Origin: Anaeromyxobacter sp.
GTDB taxonomy: Bacteria; Myxococcota; Myxococcia; Myxococcales; Anaeromyxobacteraceae
Reading direction: 5' to 3'
NCBI GenBank assembly: GCA_049840735.1
Contig: JASGJN010000026.1
Location: 256,001-320,000, forward strand
Length of the DNA stretch: 64,000 nt
Positions within the stretch are counted from its first letter, which is position 1. Each line of letters starts with the position of its first letter. The position numbers and the translations under genes are program-made. The notes below the pieces were generated by a model that saw nothing but the letters and a program-made list of their open reading frames with translations, did not search any database and had not been told where the DNA came from. Below, in pieces: positions 1 to 13,842 of the stretch.

Positions 1-513
1 GGCCGCGATGTGCGTGGCGGTGGTGAGCCGCACGCTGCCCGAGACGGTCCGGTCGCGCGCGTCCACGTGGCGCGCCAGCGCCAGCACGTCCTCCTCCACC
101 CGCGAGGCCAGCGCGGCCAGCTCCTCGCCGGCCGCGGTGCGGGTCCAGCCCTGCGGCCCCCGCTCGTAGAGCGGCAGCCCCAGCTCCTCCTCCAGCGCCG
201 CCACCCGGCGCGCCACCGTGTTGCGGTCCACGCCCAGCTGCCGCGCCGCCTGCCCCAGGCTGCCGGTGCGCGCCAGCGCCAGGAAGAAGCGCAGGTGGCC
301 CCAGTCCAGCGTGCCGGCGGAGCGAGGGGGTTCGGCGGCGGGCGCGCGCAGTGGTGCCGCGGCCGGCGCCCGAGGCGTCGCGGCGCCGTCTGCGCGAGCT
401 GGCCCAGCCGGCTCCGCGCGCGGTGAGCCTGTCGAACCGCGAGCGGGTCCCGCCCCCGTGCGTTCATGCGCGGGGCCAGCGCTCCGCTGCGCCTTCTGGC
501 GAGCCTTCGGCAT
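1..513 (-). CDS. LysR-family transcriptional regulator (3' part runs off the window)
   Basis: Manual minus-strand translation gives LDWGHLRFFLALARTGSLGQAARQLGVDRNTVARRVAALEEELGLPLYER...SGSVRLTT (LysR HTH). The nearest in-frame ATG is 513, so the start is uncertain. Confidence 0.85.
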   Translation of the reverse strand, partial: MPKARQKAQRSAGPAHERTGAGPARGSTGSPRAEPAGPARADGAATPRAPAAAPLRAPAAEPPRSAGTLDWGHLRFFLALARTGSLGQAARQLGVDRNTVARRVAALEEELGLPLYERGPQGWTRTAAGEELAALASRVEEDVLALARHVDARDRTVSGSVRLTTATHIAA

Positions 514-545
514 CTGTAGATCACCACCACGAAAGGAGATGGCCC

Positions 546-821
546 ATGACCTCTCACATCGGGAACGGAACGGCAGCTACCGCTTGGGGTGAAACGTACC
601 GGGTGCCTCGCGCGGCGAGGGCGCGGCGGGCGGCCTGGCTGCGGCCGGCCCCGGCAGGAACGCCCGTCCCGCTGGCCTGGCCGTCGCGCCCGCCGGCGTT
701 CCGGGTGAGCGGCGGCCCCCGCACCGCCGCGCTGGGCTTCGGCCTGCTGGCGGTGGCCTGGGTCACGCTCTGGGCCGTCTTCATCGCCGGCGTGGTCCTG
801 CCGGCGGCGAGCCTGGGGTGA
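546..821 (+). CDS. small membrane protein with one C-terminal TM helix
   Basis: AAGGAG RBS 7 nt before ATG546; hydrophobic C-terminus ALGFGLLAVAWVTLWAVFIAGVVLP. Confidence 0.55.
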   Translation: MTSHIGNGTAATAWGETYRVPRAARARRAAWLRPAPAGTPVPLAWPSRPPAFRVSGGPRTAALGFGLLAVAWVTLWAVFIAGVVLPAASLG

Positions 822-968
822 GGCGCGCCACCGGTGGTGCATGTCGCCGTGCCGTGGGCGAGCCCTACACCCGGCCCGGCGCCCGCAGCGGGGCTGTCCG
901 CGCCCGGGCGCCGTGCCGACGATTCACCGCGGGTGTCGCGCGCACGCGTGCGGCCCCGGGGGTGGGCG

Positions 969-1658
969 ATGGACGAGGATGGGGGCGCGACCTCGCAGCT
1001 GGACCTGTTCCGGGCCGATCTGGAGAAGTACTACCGGCTCCACTTCGGCAGCAGCTCGCCCCCGCTGCGCAAGCGCGCGGCCCTCTGGGTCTCCCACCTC
1101 GGGCTGCACTGCGTGGCCGCGCACCGGCTGGCCCGCCAGGCCCGGTCCACCGCCGCGCGGCGGCGCTGGGCCGCCCCGGCGCTGCTGGGGCTGGCGCGGG
1201 TGGTCGAGCACGGGATGGAGCTCGTCCACCACGTCCGCATCAGCGCCGAGGTCGGACCCGGCTTCTACATCGGCCACGCCGGGATGATCTTCATCGGCCC
1301 CACGCGCATCGGCCGGAACTTCAGCGTCACCCACGGCGTGACCATCGGCGTGGGGCAGGCGGTGGGCGCCAAGGGGACGCCGGTGGTGGGCGACGACGTC
1401 TGGGTCGGCACCGGGTCGGTCCTGGCCGGCGCCATCGAGGTCGGCGACGGGGCCACCGTGGTGACCGGCTCGGTCGTGACGCGGGCCGTGCCGCGCAGCG
1501 CGCTGGTGGCCGGCAACCCGGCGCGGGTGGTCATGCTGGGCTACGACAACGCCGACCTGCTGGGCGGGAGCGGCTCGACGCGCTGGCGGGGCGCCCCGGC
1601 GCCCGAGCCGGCCGCGCCCCCGGCGGTGGAGCAGGCGGGCAGGCGCGGCGTGGGGTGA
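969..1658 (+). CDS. serine O-acetyltransferase-like hexapeptide acyltransferase (CysE/WcaB-like)
   Basis: ISAEVGPGFYIGHAGMIFIG, VTHGVTIG, PVVGDDVWVGTGSVLAG, VAGNPARVV left-handed beta-helix motifs. Confidence 0.8.
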   Translation: MDEDGGATSQLDLFRADLEKYYRLHFGSSSPPLRKRAALWVSHLGLHCVAAHRLARQARSTAARRRWAAPALLGLARVVEHGMELVHHVRISAEVGPGFYIGHAGMIFIGPTRIGRNFSVTHGVTIGVGQAVGAKGTPVVGDDVWVGTGSVLAGAIEVGDGATVVTGSVVTRAVPRSALVAGNPARVVMLGYDNADLLGGSGSTRWRGAPAPEPAAPPAVEQAGRRGVG

Positions 1659-3157
1659 GCTGAGGGCGCCGGCGTGCGCGCCAGGCGCGCCCGGTACCTC
1701 AGGTGCCGCCGCCGCGACAGCTCGACCAGCGGCGCCCAGACCGCGCGCGTGAGCCGCCAGCGGATCAGGTGGCGCCACAGACCGTTGGCGCGCTTGTAGA
1801 GCAGCGCCATGACCAGGTAGGGCAGCACGGCGCTGGCCTGGCGCGGGCGGCGCCGCCAGATGGACGCGAGGGAGTAGAGCCGCCGGTACATCCAGGCGCG
1901 CCCCGCCTCCAGCTCCTCCGGGCGCAGCAGGCGCGGGCGGAAGACGCAGTGGCCGGTGTCGTAGCGCGACCAGTCGCGGTGCAGGATCCGCCCCTCCGCC
2001 TCCAGCCGCGCGAAGAGCGGCGTGCCAGGGTAGGGCGTGAGGATGTGCAGCGTGGCGCTCTCCAGCCGCACCTCCTCGATCCAGCGGGCGGTCCGCTCGA
2101 AGACGTCGGGGCCGTCGCCGTCGAACCCCAGCACGAAGCTGCCGTTCACCTGGATGCCGTGCCGGTGCAGGAGCTCCACCCGCCGCGCGTAGTCGTCGGC
2201 GCGTGGCGTGCGCTTCCCGGCCGCCTGCAGGTTGCCGTCGTCCAGGCTCTCGAACCCGATGAAGACGCCGGTGCAGCCGGCCAGCGCCAGCTCGCGCACC
2301 AGCGCCGGGTCGTCGGTGACGTCCAGCGTCACCGCGGCGCTCCAGATCTTCTGCAGCGGCGCCAGGGCGCGGCACAGGTCGCGCAGATAGGTGCGGCTGG
2401 CGCCCAGGTTGTTGTCGATGAAGACGGCGTAGGGCGCGCCGGTGGCGGCCAGCTCGGCGGCGACCGTCGCCACCGGCCGGCGCTCGTAGGGGATCCGCTC
2501 GTCGCCGGTGGCGAGGTAGCAGAAGTCGCAGCGGTTGGTGCAGCCCTGGGTGGCGATCAGGCTGGCGGTGGTGAGGAAGCCCCAGCGCGGCAGGATGGAG
2601 CGGTCCGGGAGCGGCGCGTCGGCGTGGCCGCGGAAGCCGGCGTGGTAGCGGCGCGCCAGCTGGCCGGCCTCGAGGTCCGCCAGGATGCGCGGCCAGGTGC
2701 GGGTGCCGTCGCCGGTGGCCAGCACGTCGGCGTGCGCGGCCACCTCGTCCGGGCAGGACTGCGCGTGGAGCCCGCCCAGCACCACCAGGCAGCCGTGGGC
2801 CCGGAACCAGGCCGCCAGCGCGTAGGCTCGCGCCGCGAAGGTGAGGTGGACGGTGATCCCGACCACCTGCGGCAGCGGGTCGAGCGGCGGCGCGCCCTGG
2901 CCCAGGTTCTCGTCCCAGAACGAGACGTGCCAGCCCGGCGGCGTGGCGCCGGCCACGCTGGTCAGCGCCAGCGAGGGCGTGAGCACGTGCTTGGCGGCGC
3001 TGGCGCAGGGGTCCTTCGGATAGAAGGGGTTCACCAGCAGCGCCGTGCGCGGGACCGGCCGGCCAGGGCTCCGGCTCCCGTTCGCCCTGAGCCTGTCGAA
3101 GGGCGGACGGGGCGGCGGAGGGAGCGGGGGCGGGTCTCGCAGCAGGTCGAAGGCCAT
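1541..3157 (-). CDS. B12-binding domain radical SAM protein
   Basis: CxxxCxxC (QGCTNRCDFC), VLGGLHA, FIDNN, FIGFES, GSFVLGFDGD, LTPYPGTPL; GAGG RBS before ATG3157. Confidence 0.9.
   Translation of the reverse strand: MAFDLLRDPPPLPPPPRPPFDRLRANGSRSPGRPVPRTALLVNPFYPKDPCASAAKHVLTPSLALTSVAGATPPGWHVSFWDENLGQGAPPLDPLPQVVGITVHLTFAARAYALAAWFRAHGCLVVLGGLHAQSCPDEVAAHADVLATGDGTRTWPRILADLEAGQLARRYHAGFRGHADAPLPDRSILPRWGFLTTASLIATQGCTNRCDFCYLATGDERIPYERRPVATVAAELAATGAPYAVFIDNNLGASRTYLRDLCRALAPLQKIWSAAVTLDVTDDPALVRELALAGCTGVFIGFESLDDGNLQAAGKRTPRADDYARRVELLHRHGIQVNGSFVLGFDGDGPDVFERTARWIEEVRLESATLHILTPYPGTPLFARLEAEGRILHRDWSRYDTGHCVFRPRLLRPEELEAGRAWMYRRLYSLASIWRRRPRQASAVLPYLVMALLYKRANGLWRHLIRWRLTRAVWAPLVELSRRRHLRYRARLARTPAPSAHPTPRLPACSTAGGAAGSGAGAPRQRVEPLPPSRSALS
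3078..3110 (+). repeat. short-type REP-like palindrome inside the radical SAM CDS
   Basis: CCGTTCGCCCTGAGCCTGTCGAAGGGCGGACGG; related copies at 418-441, 34094-34126 and 38588-38630. Confidence 0.8.
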
Positions 3158-3343
3158 GCGTTCCTCGCCTCGGCGCGAGCGTGCCCCGGCCTGTGGGCCC
3201 GGCACCACCCGCGCTGTGTCCGGGGGCCCACGACCCCCCACGTTCCGCGCCCTTGCGCGGTGCGTGCACCCGAACTGCAAGGCGGGTGCCCGGCGGCGGG
3301 AGGGCCGATTGGCCAGGAGCCCGCCCGCCCGTTCGCCCCGCCC

Positions 3344-3393
3344 CCGTTCGCCCTGAGCGTAGCGCCCGCGTAGCGGGCGCGGAGTCGAAGGGC
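3344..3393 (+). repeat. long-type REP-like palindrome
   Basis: CCGTTCG-CCC-TGAGCGTA-hairpin-GGAGTCGAA-GGGC family consensus. Confidence 0.85.
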
Positions 3394-3475
3394 AGGGACT
3401 TCCAGGGCAGGGATTCACCCCGAGCGGACCCAGCGGGCAATCGATCAGGGCCGGGCCGGGTCGCAGATTGCGTCC

Positions 3476-7413
<3,938 letters not shown>

Positions 7414-7561
7414 GTGAAAACCTCGTGTGTTTGTGCCGTACCGGGCTTGGACGCCGGGAGGTTTATCAGAATCCCGGAGCTTTGGGATCGTGACACGGTG
7501 CTCCAGGCTCCCCGCGGCAGAAGCGCGCGGTTGTCCGGGACGGCAGGCGCCAACCGGGGCC

Positions 7562-8773
7562 CTACCCCGGCGTCAGTCGCAGGAGCCTCCCGTCGTCCTC
7601 GTCGGTGAGCAGGTATAGCGCGCCGTCCGGGCCCTGCAGGACCTCGCGGATCCGCGCCCGCAGCCCGGTCAACAGGCGTTCCTCCGCGACCACCCGTTCG
7701 CCGTCGAGCACCAGCCGGACGAGCGCCTGGCGCGACAGGCTGCCCAGGAGCGCGTTGCCGCGCCAGCCGGGGAAGAGGTCGCCCGAGTAGAGAATCAGGC
7801 TGGAGGGCGAGATGGAAGGGTCCCAGTAGTAGACCGGCTGCTCGAGCCCTGGGGCCTGCGGCGAGGCGTGGATGGCCCGCCCGTCGTACTCCTCGCCGTA
7901 GCCGATGGTGGGCCAGCCGTAGTCCTTCCCGGCCGCGATCAGGTTGAGCTCGTCGCCGCCGCGCGGCCCCATCTCCGCCGCCCAGAGCCGCCCCTGCGCG
8001 TCGAGCGCGGCCCCCAGCACGTTGCGGTGGCCCAGCGTCCAGATCTCCGGGCGGGCGCCGGCCCGGCCGACGAAGGGGTTGTCCTGGGGGATGGTCCCGT
8101 CCGGCCGGATGCGGACAATCTTGCCCAGGTCGCTCCCCAGGTCGCGCGCCTGCCTCCGCCCCTCCAGGATCGAGCGCTCACCCAGCGTGACGAAGAGGTT
8201 CCCGTCCGGCGCGAAGACCAGCCGGCCGCCGGCGTGCTTGGTGGAGTCGAGCGTCGGCTCCATGCGGAAGATGACCTGCACCCCGTCCACGCGCGGGCTC
8301 TGCCCGTCCACCAGCCGCCCCCGCGCCACCGCCAGCCCGTTCCCGCCGGTGCGCGGCTCGTAGTAGCTCCAGTAGACGAGGCCGCTGGTCGCGTAGTCCG
8401 GCCCCAGCGCCACGTCGAGCAGGCCGCCCTGGTCGCGACCGTCCACCTTGGGCAGCCCCGCCACCGCCGGCGAGCGCTGGCCCGCCGTGGTCACGACGAA
8501 GAGCCTGCCGGTGGGCTTCTCCGTCACCAGCAGCCGACCGTCGGGGAGGAAGGCCAGCGCCCAGGGCTGATCGAGGCCGCGCGCCAGCTCCGTCACCTTG
8601 ACCGGCGTGGCCTGCGCCACCGCCGGCGCCCGCGTCTGGCCGGGGAAGGCCGGGTGGAACTCGGGGACGTTGGGCGGCCCGTCGTCGATGGGCGCGCCGG
8701 CCGGCGGGCGGACCGCGGGGGCTGCGCCGCAGGCGCAGAGGAGCAGCAGGAAGAAGGAGCGCGACGCGGGCAT
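7562..8773 (-). CDS. PQQ-dependent sugar dehydrogenase (YliI/GSDH family), probable lipoprotein
   Basis: [53 protein letters not shown]. Confidence 0.92.
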   Translation of the reverse strand: MPASRSFFLLLLCACGAAPAVRPPAGAPIDDGPPNVPEFHPAFPGQTRAPAVAQATPVKVTELARGLDQPWALAFLPDGRLLVTEKPTGRLFVVTTAGQRSPAVAGLPKVDGRDQGGLLDVALGPDYATSGLVYWSYYEPRTGGNGLAVARGRLVDGQSPRVDGVQVIFRMEPTLDSTKHAGGRLVFAPDGNLFVTLGERSILEGRRQARDLGSDLGKIVRIRPDGTIPQDNPFVGRAGARPEIWTLGHRNVLGAALDAQGRLWAAEMGPRGGDELNLIAAGKDYGWPTIGYGEEYDGRAIHASPQAPGLEQPVYYWDPSISPSSLILYSGDLFPGWRGNALLGSLSRQALVRLVLDGERVVAEERLLTGLRARIREVLQGPDGALYLLTDEDDGRLLRLTPG

Positions 8774-8848
8774 GGCGCCAAGGATGGCGGCGCCACGCCC
8801 GCGCCGCACGGTCCAGGCGAGGCGGGCGGTCCAGGCGGGCTGCGCCCC

Positions 8849-8898
8849 CCGTTCGTTCTGGGCGTAGCTGCAACGGAGCGGCAGCGAGGTCGAAGGAC
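8849..8898 (+). repeat. long-type REP-like palindrome
   Basis: Matches the family consensus. Confidence 0.75.
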
Positions 8899-8905
8899 AG
8901 GGAGC

Positions 8906-9187
8906 TCACGTGTGCTGCCGTGCCTCCAGGTCGCGCCGCGCGTCCACCAGCGTCGTGTCGCGCGTCCGGAGCCGCGGTGCCACGAACGCCAGCGCCAGGC
9001 CGGCAAGCCCCACCAGCGCGTAGACCGCCCGCGCCACCGCGCTCGACGGGGTGCTGCTCGAGCTCCCGAACAGCGCGCGCACCAGGTCGAAGTCGAAGAA
9101 GCCGACCAGCCCCCAGTTCAGCGCGCCGATGATCGACAGCCACAGGACCAGCTGCGCGAACGCGTTCCTGCCCTCGTGCTTGGCCAT
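8906..9187 (-). CDS. DUF378-family small membrane protein
   Basis: IIGALNWGLVGFFDFDLVRALFG...RAVYALVGLAGL. Confidence 0.88.
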   Translation of the reverse strand: MAKHEGRNAFAQLVLWLSIIGALNWGLVGFFDFDLVRALFGSSSSTPSSAVARAVYALVGLAGLALAFVAPRLRTRDTTLVDARRDLEARQHT

Positions 9188-9339
9188 TGATGCCCCCTCC
9201 CGGAAGCGCCTCGCAGCGCCCCGAATTGCTTCGTCCGCGGAAAGGGTGGGTATCGCCCAGCGGCCCGCAAGGGACCGGGGCTCAGGGGCGTGGAGTGCAG
9301 AGGGCCAGGCAAGCGCGCCAGGCCGCGAGGCGTCTAGCC

Positions 9340-9389
9340 CCGTTCGTCCTGAGCGTAGCTGCCGCGAAGCGGCAGCGGAGTCGAGGGAC
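9340..9389 (+). repeat. long-type REP-like palindrome
   Basis: Matches the family consensus. Confidence 0.8.
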
Positions 9390-9399
9390 AGGGCCCCGG

Positions 9400-9825
9400 C
9401 TACCGGTTCGGCGCGAACCGCATCGCCACCAGCGGCCGGCCGCAGCTGGGGCAGGCCGGGTCGCCCGGCTCGTCGCTGTACTGCTCGCACGCGGCGCAGG
9501 TCCAGCGGATGCTCGAGCCGCCCTGGCCCGGCGCGTCGTCCGGGTACATGGCCGCGAACCCCTTCGCCAGCGCCTGGAAATAGGCGTGCCGGGCCTCCGG
9601 CGTCACGTCGAGCGGCAGCGGCGCGGGGTGGAAGGTGCGCCCGCCCAGCACCCGCGGCGCGCCGTCGCCCGAGGCCGCCGCGAGCTCCTCCGGCGACCGG
9701 ACCGGCCAGGGCTGGTCGGCGAACCACTTCTTGCGGAAGAGCATCCACTGCTGCGGCGTGCGCACCTGCTCCAGCTCGGCGTCGAAGGCGGCGCGCTGGG
9801 CCATGAAGGCGGGCTCGAGGGGCAT
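9400..9825 (-). CDS. hypothetical protein with C-terminal zinc ribbon
   Basis: WTCAACEQ...CPSCGRPL; natural-looking composition; divergent from a methyltransferase. Confidence 0.6.
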   Translation of the reverse strand: MPLEPAFMAQRAAFDAELEQVRTPQQWMLFRKKWFADQPWPVRSPEELAAASGDGAPRVLGGRTFHPAPLPLDVTPEARHAYFQALAKGFAAMYPDDAPGQGGSSIRWTCAACEQYSDEPGDPACPSCGRPLVAMRFAPNR

Positions 9826-9922
9826 GGTGCGATCTTGCGCGCGGCCGCCCGCCGGGACAAGAAGGAGGGGGCGCCAGCCCCCGATCCCGATGGCCGGGGC
9901 GCCCGCGCCCCCGGAGACCTCC

Positions 9923-10520
9923 ATGGCCGAACACCCTCAGCACGACTTCGAGGCGAGCTACCGGGCGGCGGAGCCGCCGCCCTGGGACATCGGCCGCCCG
10001 CAGCCTGAGGTTGTGGCGCTGGCCGAGGCCGGCCAGCTCGAGGGCGAGGTGCTGGACGTCGGCTGCGGCACCGGCGAGAACGCGCTCTACCTGGCCTCGC
10101 TGGGTCGGCGCGTGCTGGGCGTGGACGCCTCGCCCACCGCCGTCGCGCTGGCGCAGCAGAAGGCGCAGGCCCGCGGCCTGGCCGCCCAGTTCCGCACCGG
10201 GGACGCGCTGCATCTGGAGAAGCTGCGCCGGCGCTGCGAGTGCGCCATCGACTGCGGCCTCTTTCACGTCTTCGACCGCCCCACGCGCCGGGCCTACGCC
10301 CACTCGCTCTGCGAGGTGCTCTCGCCGGGCTCCACGCTCCACATCCTCTGCTTCTCCGACGAGGAGCCGGATGGGCCGGGGCCGCACCGGCTGCAGGAGT
10401 ACGACATCCGCGAGGCCTTCCGGTCCATCTTCGCCATGACCGAGGTGCGCCCGGGCCGACTCGAGCGCCGCGGCTTCGAGCCGGCCAGGGCCTGGGTGGC
10501 GAGCCTGACGCGGAATCTAG
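9923..10520 (+). CDS. class I SAM-dependent methyltransferase (stop apparently lost by a +1 error near 10514)
   Basis: PPWDIGRPQP, VLDVGCGTGENA, DCGLFH. CGGAATCTAG minus one A gives R-I-stop. Confidence 0.88.
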
Positions 10521-10560
10521 CGGGCGTCGGCCCATGCCCGGGAGCGCTGTCACTCCGGGA

Positions 10561-10684
10561 CCGTTCGGGCTCAGCGCGGCGAACCCGCAGGGCTCGCGGA
10601 GTCGAAGGGCTCAGGGCGAATGGTCACCCAGCCACCGTTCGGGCTGAGCGTAGCGAGCCCGCAGGGCTCGCGGAGTCGAAGCCC
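10561..10684 (+). repeat. two adjacent long-type REP-like palindromes
   Basis: Copies start at 10561 and 10635, between convergent genes. Confidence 0.8.
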
Positions 10685-10690
10685 AGGCCG

Positions 10691-11503
10691 CTACGCCACC
10701 CGCCGCAGCTCCCGCTCCTCCTCGCTCTTGTCCTTCCGGAGCGCGTCGTACGCGGCCGCGCCGGCGATCCGGTCGAAGGTCGTGAGCAGGGCCCAGGCCG
10801 CCGCCAGGACGAACAGCGCGGGCTGCCGCTGCGCCTCCGGGAGGCGCAGGGCCAGCGGGATGCCGAACAGGAGCCCGGCGTCCTTCAGCGAGGCCACCAG
10901 CCACACCGTGGCGAGCCCGGCGAACCTGCCGCGGGCCAGCGCGGCCGAGCGCTGCACGGCCTGCCCGGAGGAGAGCTCCGGCTCGGCCAGGGCCACGGCG
11001 TCGGCGGTGAAGACGCGCATCAGCGGCCAGGCCGCCGCCGCCAAGCCGCAGACCGCCGCCAGCGGCAGGGTGCCCGGCCCCAGCGTGTCCGTCGCCGAGG
11101 CCAGCGCCATCACGGCGGCGGCGGTGAGGGAGGCCGCGACGAGCGGCAGCCAGTAGGCGTGGAACCAGAGCTCGATCAGCCGCCAGCAGGCGCCCACGCC
11201 GGCCAGCAAGAGGTCCGGCAAGGGCGCGAGCCGTCCGTTCCGCACCGCCCGGAGCGCCCCGGCCGTCACCGCCCCCGCGTGCAGGCGCAGCAGCGCGAAG
11301 ACCAGGACCGAGGCGGCGAACCGCGCCCCGCCCTCCTCCGCGCGGCGCAGGAGGAGCACCGGCGGCGCGGCCACCAGCACCAGCGACAGCACCGAGAAGC
11401 TCGCCAGGTGCCGCCCCCAGGTGACCAGGGCGGTGCGCAGGACGGCGCCGTCGGAGAGGCGGGAGGTCGGGCGGGGTGGCGGAGTGACCGGGCTCGGGGC
11501 CAT
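10691..11503 (-). CDS. multi-pass membrane protein (paralog A)
   Basis: Several hydrophobic segments; shares motifs with the upstream gene. Confidence 0.75.
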   Translation of the reverse strand: MAPSPVTPPPRPTSRLSDGAVLRTALVTWGRHLASFSVLSLVLVAAPPVLLLRRAEEGGARFAASVLVFALLRLHAGAVTAGALRAVRNGRLAPLPDLLLAGVGACWRLIELWFHAYWLPLVAASLTAAAVMALASATDTLGPGTLPLAAVCGLAAAAWPLMRVFTADAVALAEPELSSGQAVQRSAALARGRFAGLATVWLVASLKDAGLLFGIPLALRLPEAQRQPALFVLAAAWALLTTFDRIAGAAAYDALRKDKSEEERELRRVA

Positions 11504-11533
11504 GAGCCCGGCAGCGTAGCAAGGCCGAAGCCG

Positions 11534-12418
11534 TCAACGGCTCGAAATCGGCTCGGCCCGCTCGGCGCGGAGCGCCTCGTAGGCGGCCACGCCCGCCACG
11601 CACCCGAAGGCCTCCAGCACCGCGGCGCCCACCGCCAGCACTACCATGCCGGTGACCTGGGCGTCGCCCTCCAGCCCGAGCACGTGGAGCTGGCCCGCCT
11701 GCTGCGCCGCCAGGATGACCGAGCTCAACAGCAGCACCGGCACCAGGCGGCCCAGGCGCCCGCGCGTCAGCGCGATGGAACGGTGCACCGCCTGCAGCGC
11801 GCCGAGCCCGGGCTCGGCCACCGCCGCCGCGTCGGCCACGAAGACGCGCAGCAGCGGCCAGCAGGCGGCGGCGTAGGCGACGACGGCGGCCGCCACCAGG
11901 GTCCGCTTCAGCTCCGGCGTGAGGCTCGCCAGCAGCATCGCCAGCGTCATCTCCTGCGCCGGCTGGGCCGTCGCGGCACCGCCGACGCCGACCAGCCCGG
12001 CCACCACCAGCGCGATCATCCAGGTGACCAGCGCCACCAGCATGGGCAGCAGGTAGGCGAAGAGCCCCACCGCCATCATGCGCCCGCCCCGCGCAAGGCC
12101 GCTGCGCGCCAGGTCGAAGACGGGCGGCAGCGCCTCGCCGCGCAGCACCCGCAGCGCCCCCTCGGAGAGCGCGGCGGCGTGGGCGCGGCCGAGGAAGACG
12201 CTGATGGCGAGCATGAGGCCGCCCGCGCCGGCGGCCTCCGGGTGCGCGGTCGAGTAGCGGTGGATGAGCAGGGCCGGCGCGGCGATCAGCAGCAGCCCCA
12301 GGGCCGAGAGGGGCACGAGGTGCCGGAGCCAGACCGCGAAGGTGGTCCGCAGGACGGCGCCGGCCCGGAAGCGGGGAGCGGGGGAGGCCGGGAGCGGGGG
12401 CGCCTGGTGCGGTTGCAT
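11534..12418 (-). CDS. multi-pass membrane protein (paralog B)
   Basis: MQPHQAPP...; shares GAVLRT..W.RHL, WPL.RVF.ADA.A.AEP and AAY.ALR with the downstream gene. Confidence 0.75.
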   Translation of the reverse strand: MQPHQAPPLPASPAPRFRAGAVLRTTFAVWLRHLVPLSALGLLLIAAPALLIHRYSTAHPEAAGAGGLMLAISVFLGRAHAAALSEGALRVLRGEALPPVFDLARSGLARGGRMMAVGLFAYLLPMLVALVTWMIALVVAGLVGVGGAATAQPAQEMTLAMLLASLTPELKRTLVAAAVVAYAAACWPLLRVFVADAAAVAEPGLGALQAVHRSIALTRGRLGRLVPVLLLSSVILAAQQAGQLHVLGLEGDAQVTGMVVLAVGAAVLEAFGCVAGVAAYEALRAERAEPISSR

Positions 12419-12477
12419 GAGGCGCGCAAGGTAACGCGCCCGGCGCCCCCCTGCCGGTCGAAAATGCGCGCCGCCCG

Positions 12478-13842
12478 TCAGCAGGGCATCTCGGCCCGCG
12501 GCCGGGCGTAGAACCACCACGTCACGAGCATGCAGGAGAGGTAGACCGCGATGAAGCCGAGGAAGGCCGCCGCGGGGGTGCCGGTGGTCTTCATGGCGGC
12601 GCCGAACGCGCGCGGGATGAAGAAGGCGCCGTAGGCCGCGATGGCGGAGGCGAAGCCGATCACGGCCGCGCCCTCCTTGGCCGCCTGCCGCCGGGCCAGG
12701 AGCAGGCCCTGCGGCCCGGCCAGCCGCTCGTGGAAGGTCAGGAACAGCACCGGGATCATGCGGAAGACGGAGCCGTTGCCGATGCCCGAGGTGAGGAAGA
12801 GCAGCAGGAACATGGCCAGGAAGCCGGCGAAGCTGCCCGGGCTCCCGGTCCCGGGCAGGAAGGCGAGCACGCCGCCCGCGGCGGCGCTCATGGCCACGAA
12901 GTTCACCAGCGTCACCCGCGCGCCCCCGAGCCGATCGGCCAGCCAGCCGCCGACCGGCCGGGCCAGCGCGCCCACCAGCGGCCCCAGGAAGGCGTAGCGC
13001 ATGGGGTCCTCGGCGGGGAACTGCGCCTTGATGAGCAGCGGGAGGCCCGCCGAGAAGCCGATGAAGGAGCCGAAGGTGCCGCCGTAGAGCCAGCACATGA
13101 GCCAGTTGTGCTTGCGCCGGAACACCACCGCCTGCTCGCGGAAGGAGGCCTTGGCCGAGGCGATGTCGTGCATGCCCACCCAGGCGGCCACGGTGCAGAC
13201 CACGATGAACGGCACCCACACGAAGCCGGCGTTCTGCAGCCAGACCGGCCCCGCGGCGGTGGCCCGGGGCGGCCCGGCCAGGGTGCCGAACACGCCGGCG
13301 GTGACCACCAGCGGCACCACGAACTGCATGACGGAGACGCCCAGGTTGCCCAGCCCCGCGTTGAGCCCGAGCGCCGTGCCCTTCTGGTCCTTGGGGAAGA
13401 AGAAGCTGATGTTGGCCATGCTGGAGGCGAAGTTCCCGCCGCCGAAGCCGCACAGCAGGGCCAGCGCGAGCATGGTGCCGTAGGAGGTGGTCGGGTCCTG
13501 CACCGCCAGGCCGATGCCCACCGCGGGGACGAGCAGCGAGGCGGTGGAGAGGACCGTCCAGAGGCGCCCGCCGAAGATGGGCACCATGAACGCGTAGAAG
13601 ATGCGCAGCGTGGCGCCGGACAGGCCGGGGAGCGCGGCCAGCCAGAAGAGCTGGTCGGTGGTGAAGGGGAAGCCTGCCTCGGGGAGGCGGACCACCACCA
13701 CGCTCCAGACCATCCACACCGCGAAGGAGAGGAGCAGCGCGGGGATGGAGATCCACAGGTTGAGCTGGGCGATGGCGCGCCCCTGCGCCTGCCAGAAGTC
13801 GTGATCCTCGATGTCCCAGCGGACGAGCGTGCGGGAGTTCAT
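12478..13842 (-). CDS. narK: NarK-family nitrate/nitrite MFS transporter
   Basis: NLWISIPALLLSFAVW, CGFGGGNFASSMANISFFFPK, TFGSFIGFS, GIGNGSVFRMIP. Confidence 0.95.
   Translation of the reverse strand: MNSRTLVRWDIEDHDFWQAQGRAIAQLNLWISIPALLLSFAVWMVWSVVVVRLPEAGFPFTTDQLFWLAALPGLSGATLRIFYAFMVPIFGGRLWTVLSTASLLVPAVGIGLAVQDPTTSYGTMLALALLCGFGGGNFASSMANISFFFPKDQKGTALGLNAGLGNLGVSVMQFVVPLVVTAGVFGTLAGPPRATAAGPVWLQNAGFVWVPFIVVCTVAAWVGMHDIASAKASFREQAVVFRRKHNWLMCWLYGGTFGSFIGFSAGLPLLIKAQFPAEDPMRYAFLGPLVGALARPVGGWLADRLGGARVTLVNFVAMSAAAGGVLAFLPGTGSPGSFAGFLAMFLLLFLTSGIGNGSVFRMIPVLFLTFHERLAGPQGLLLARRQAAKEGAAVIGFASAIAAYGAFFIPRAFGAAMKTTGTPAAAFLGFIAVYLSCMLVTWWFYARPRAEMPC

Noticed and set aside
539..592. 17-aa ORF (MAHDLSHRERNGSYRLG) as a leader peptide
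   Set aside because: The ATG abuts the RBS with no spacing; ATG546 in another frame fits the RBS better.
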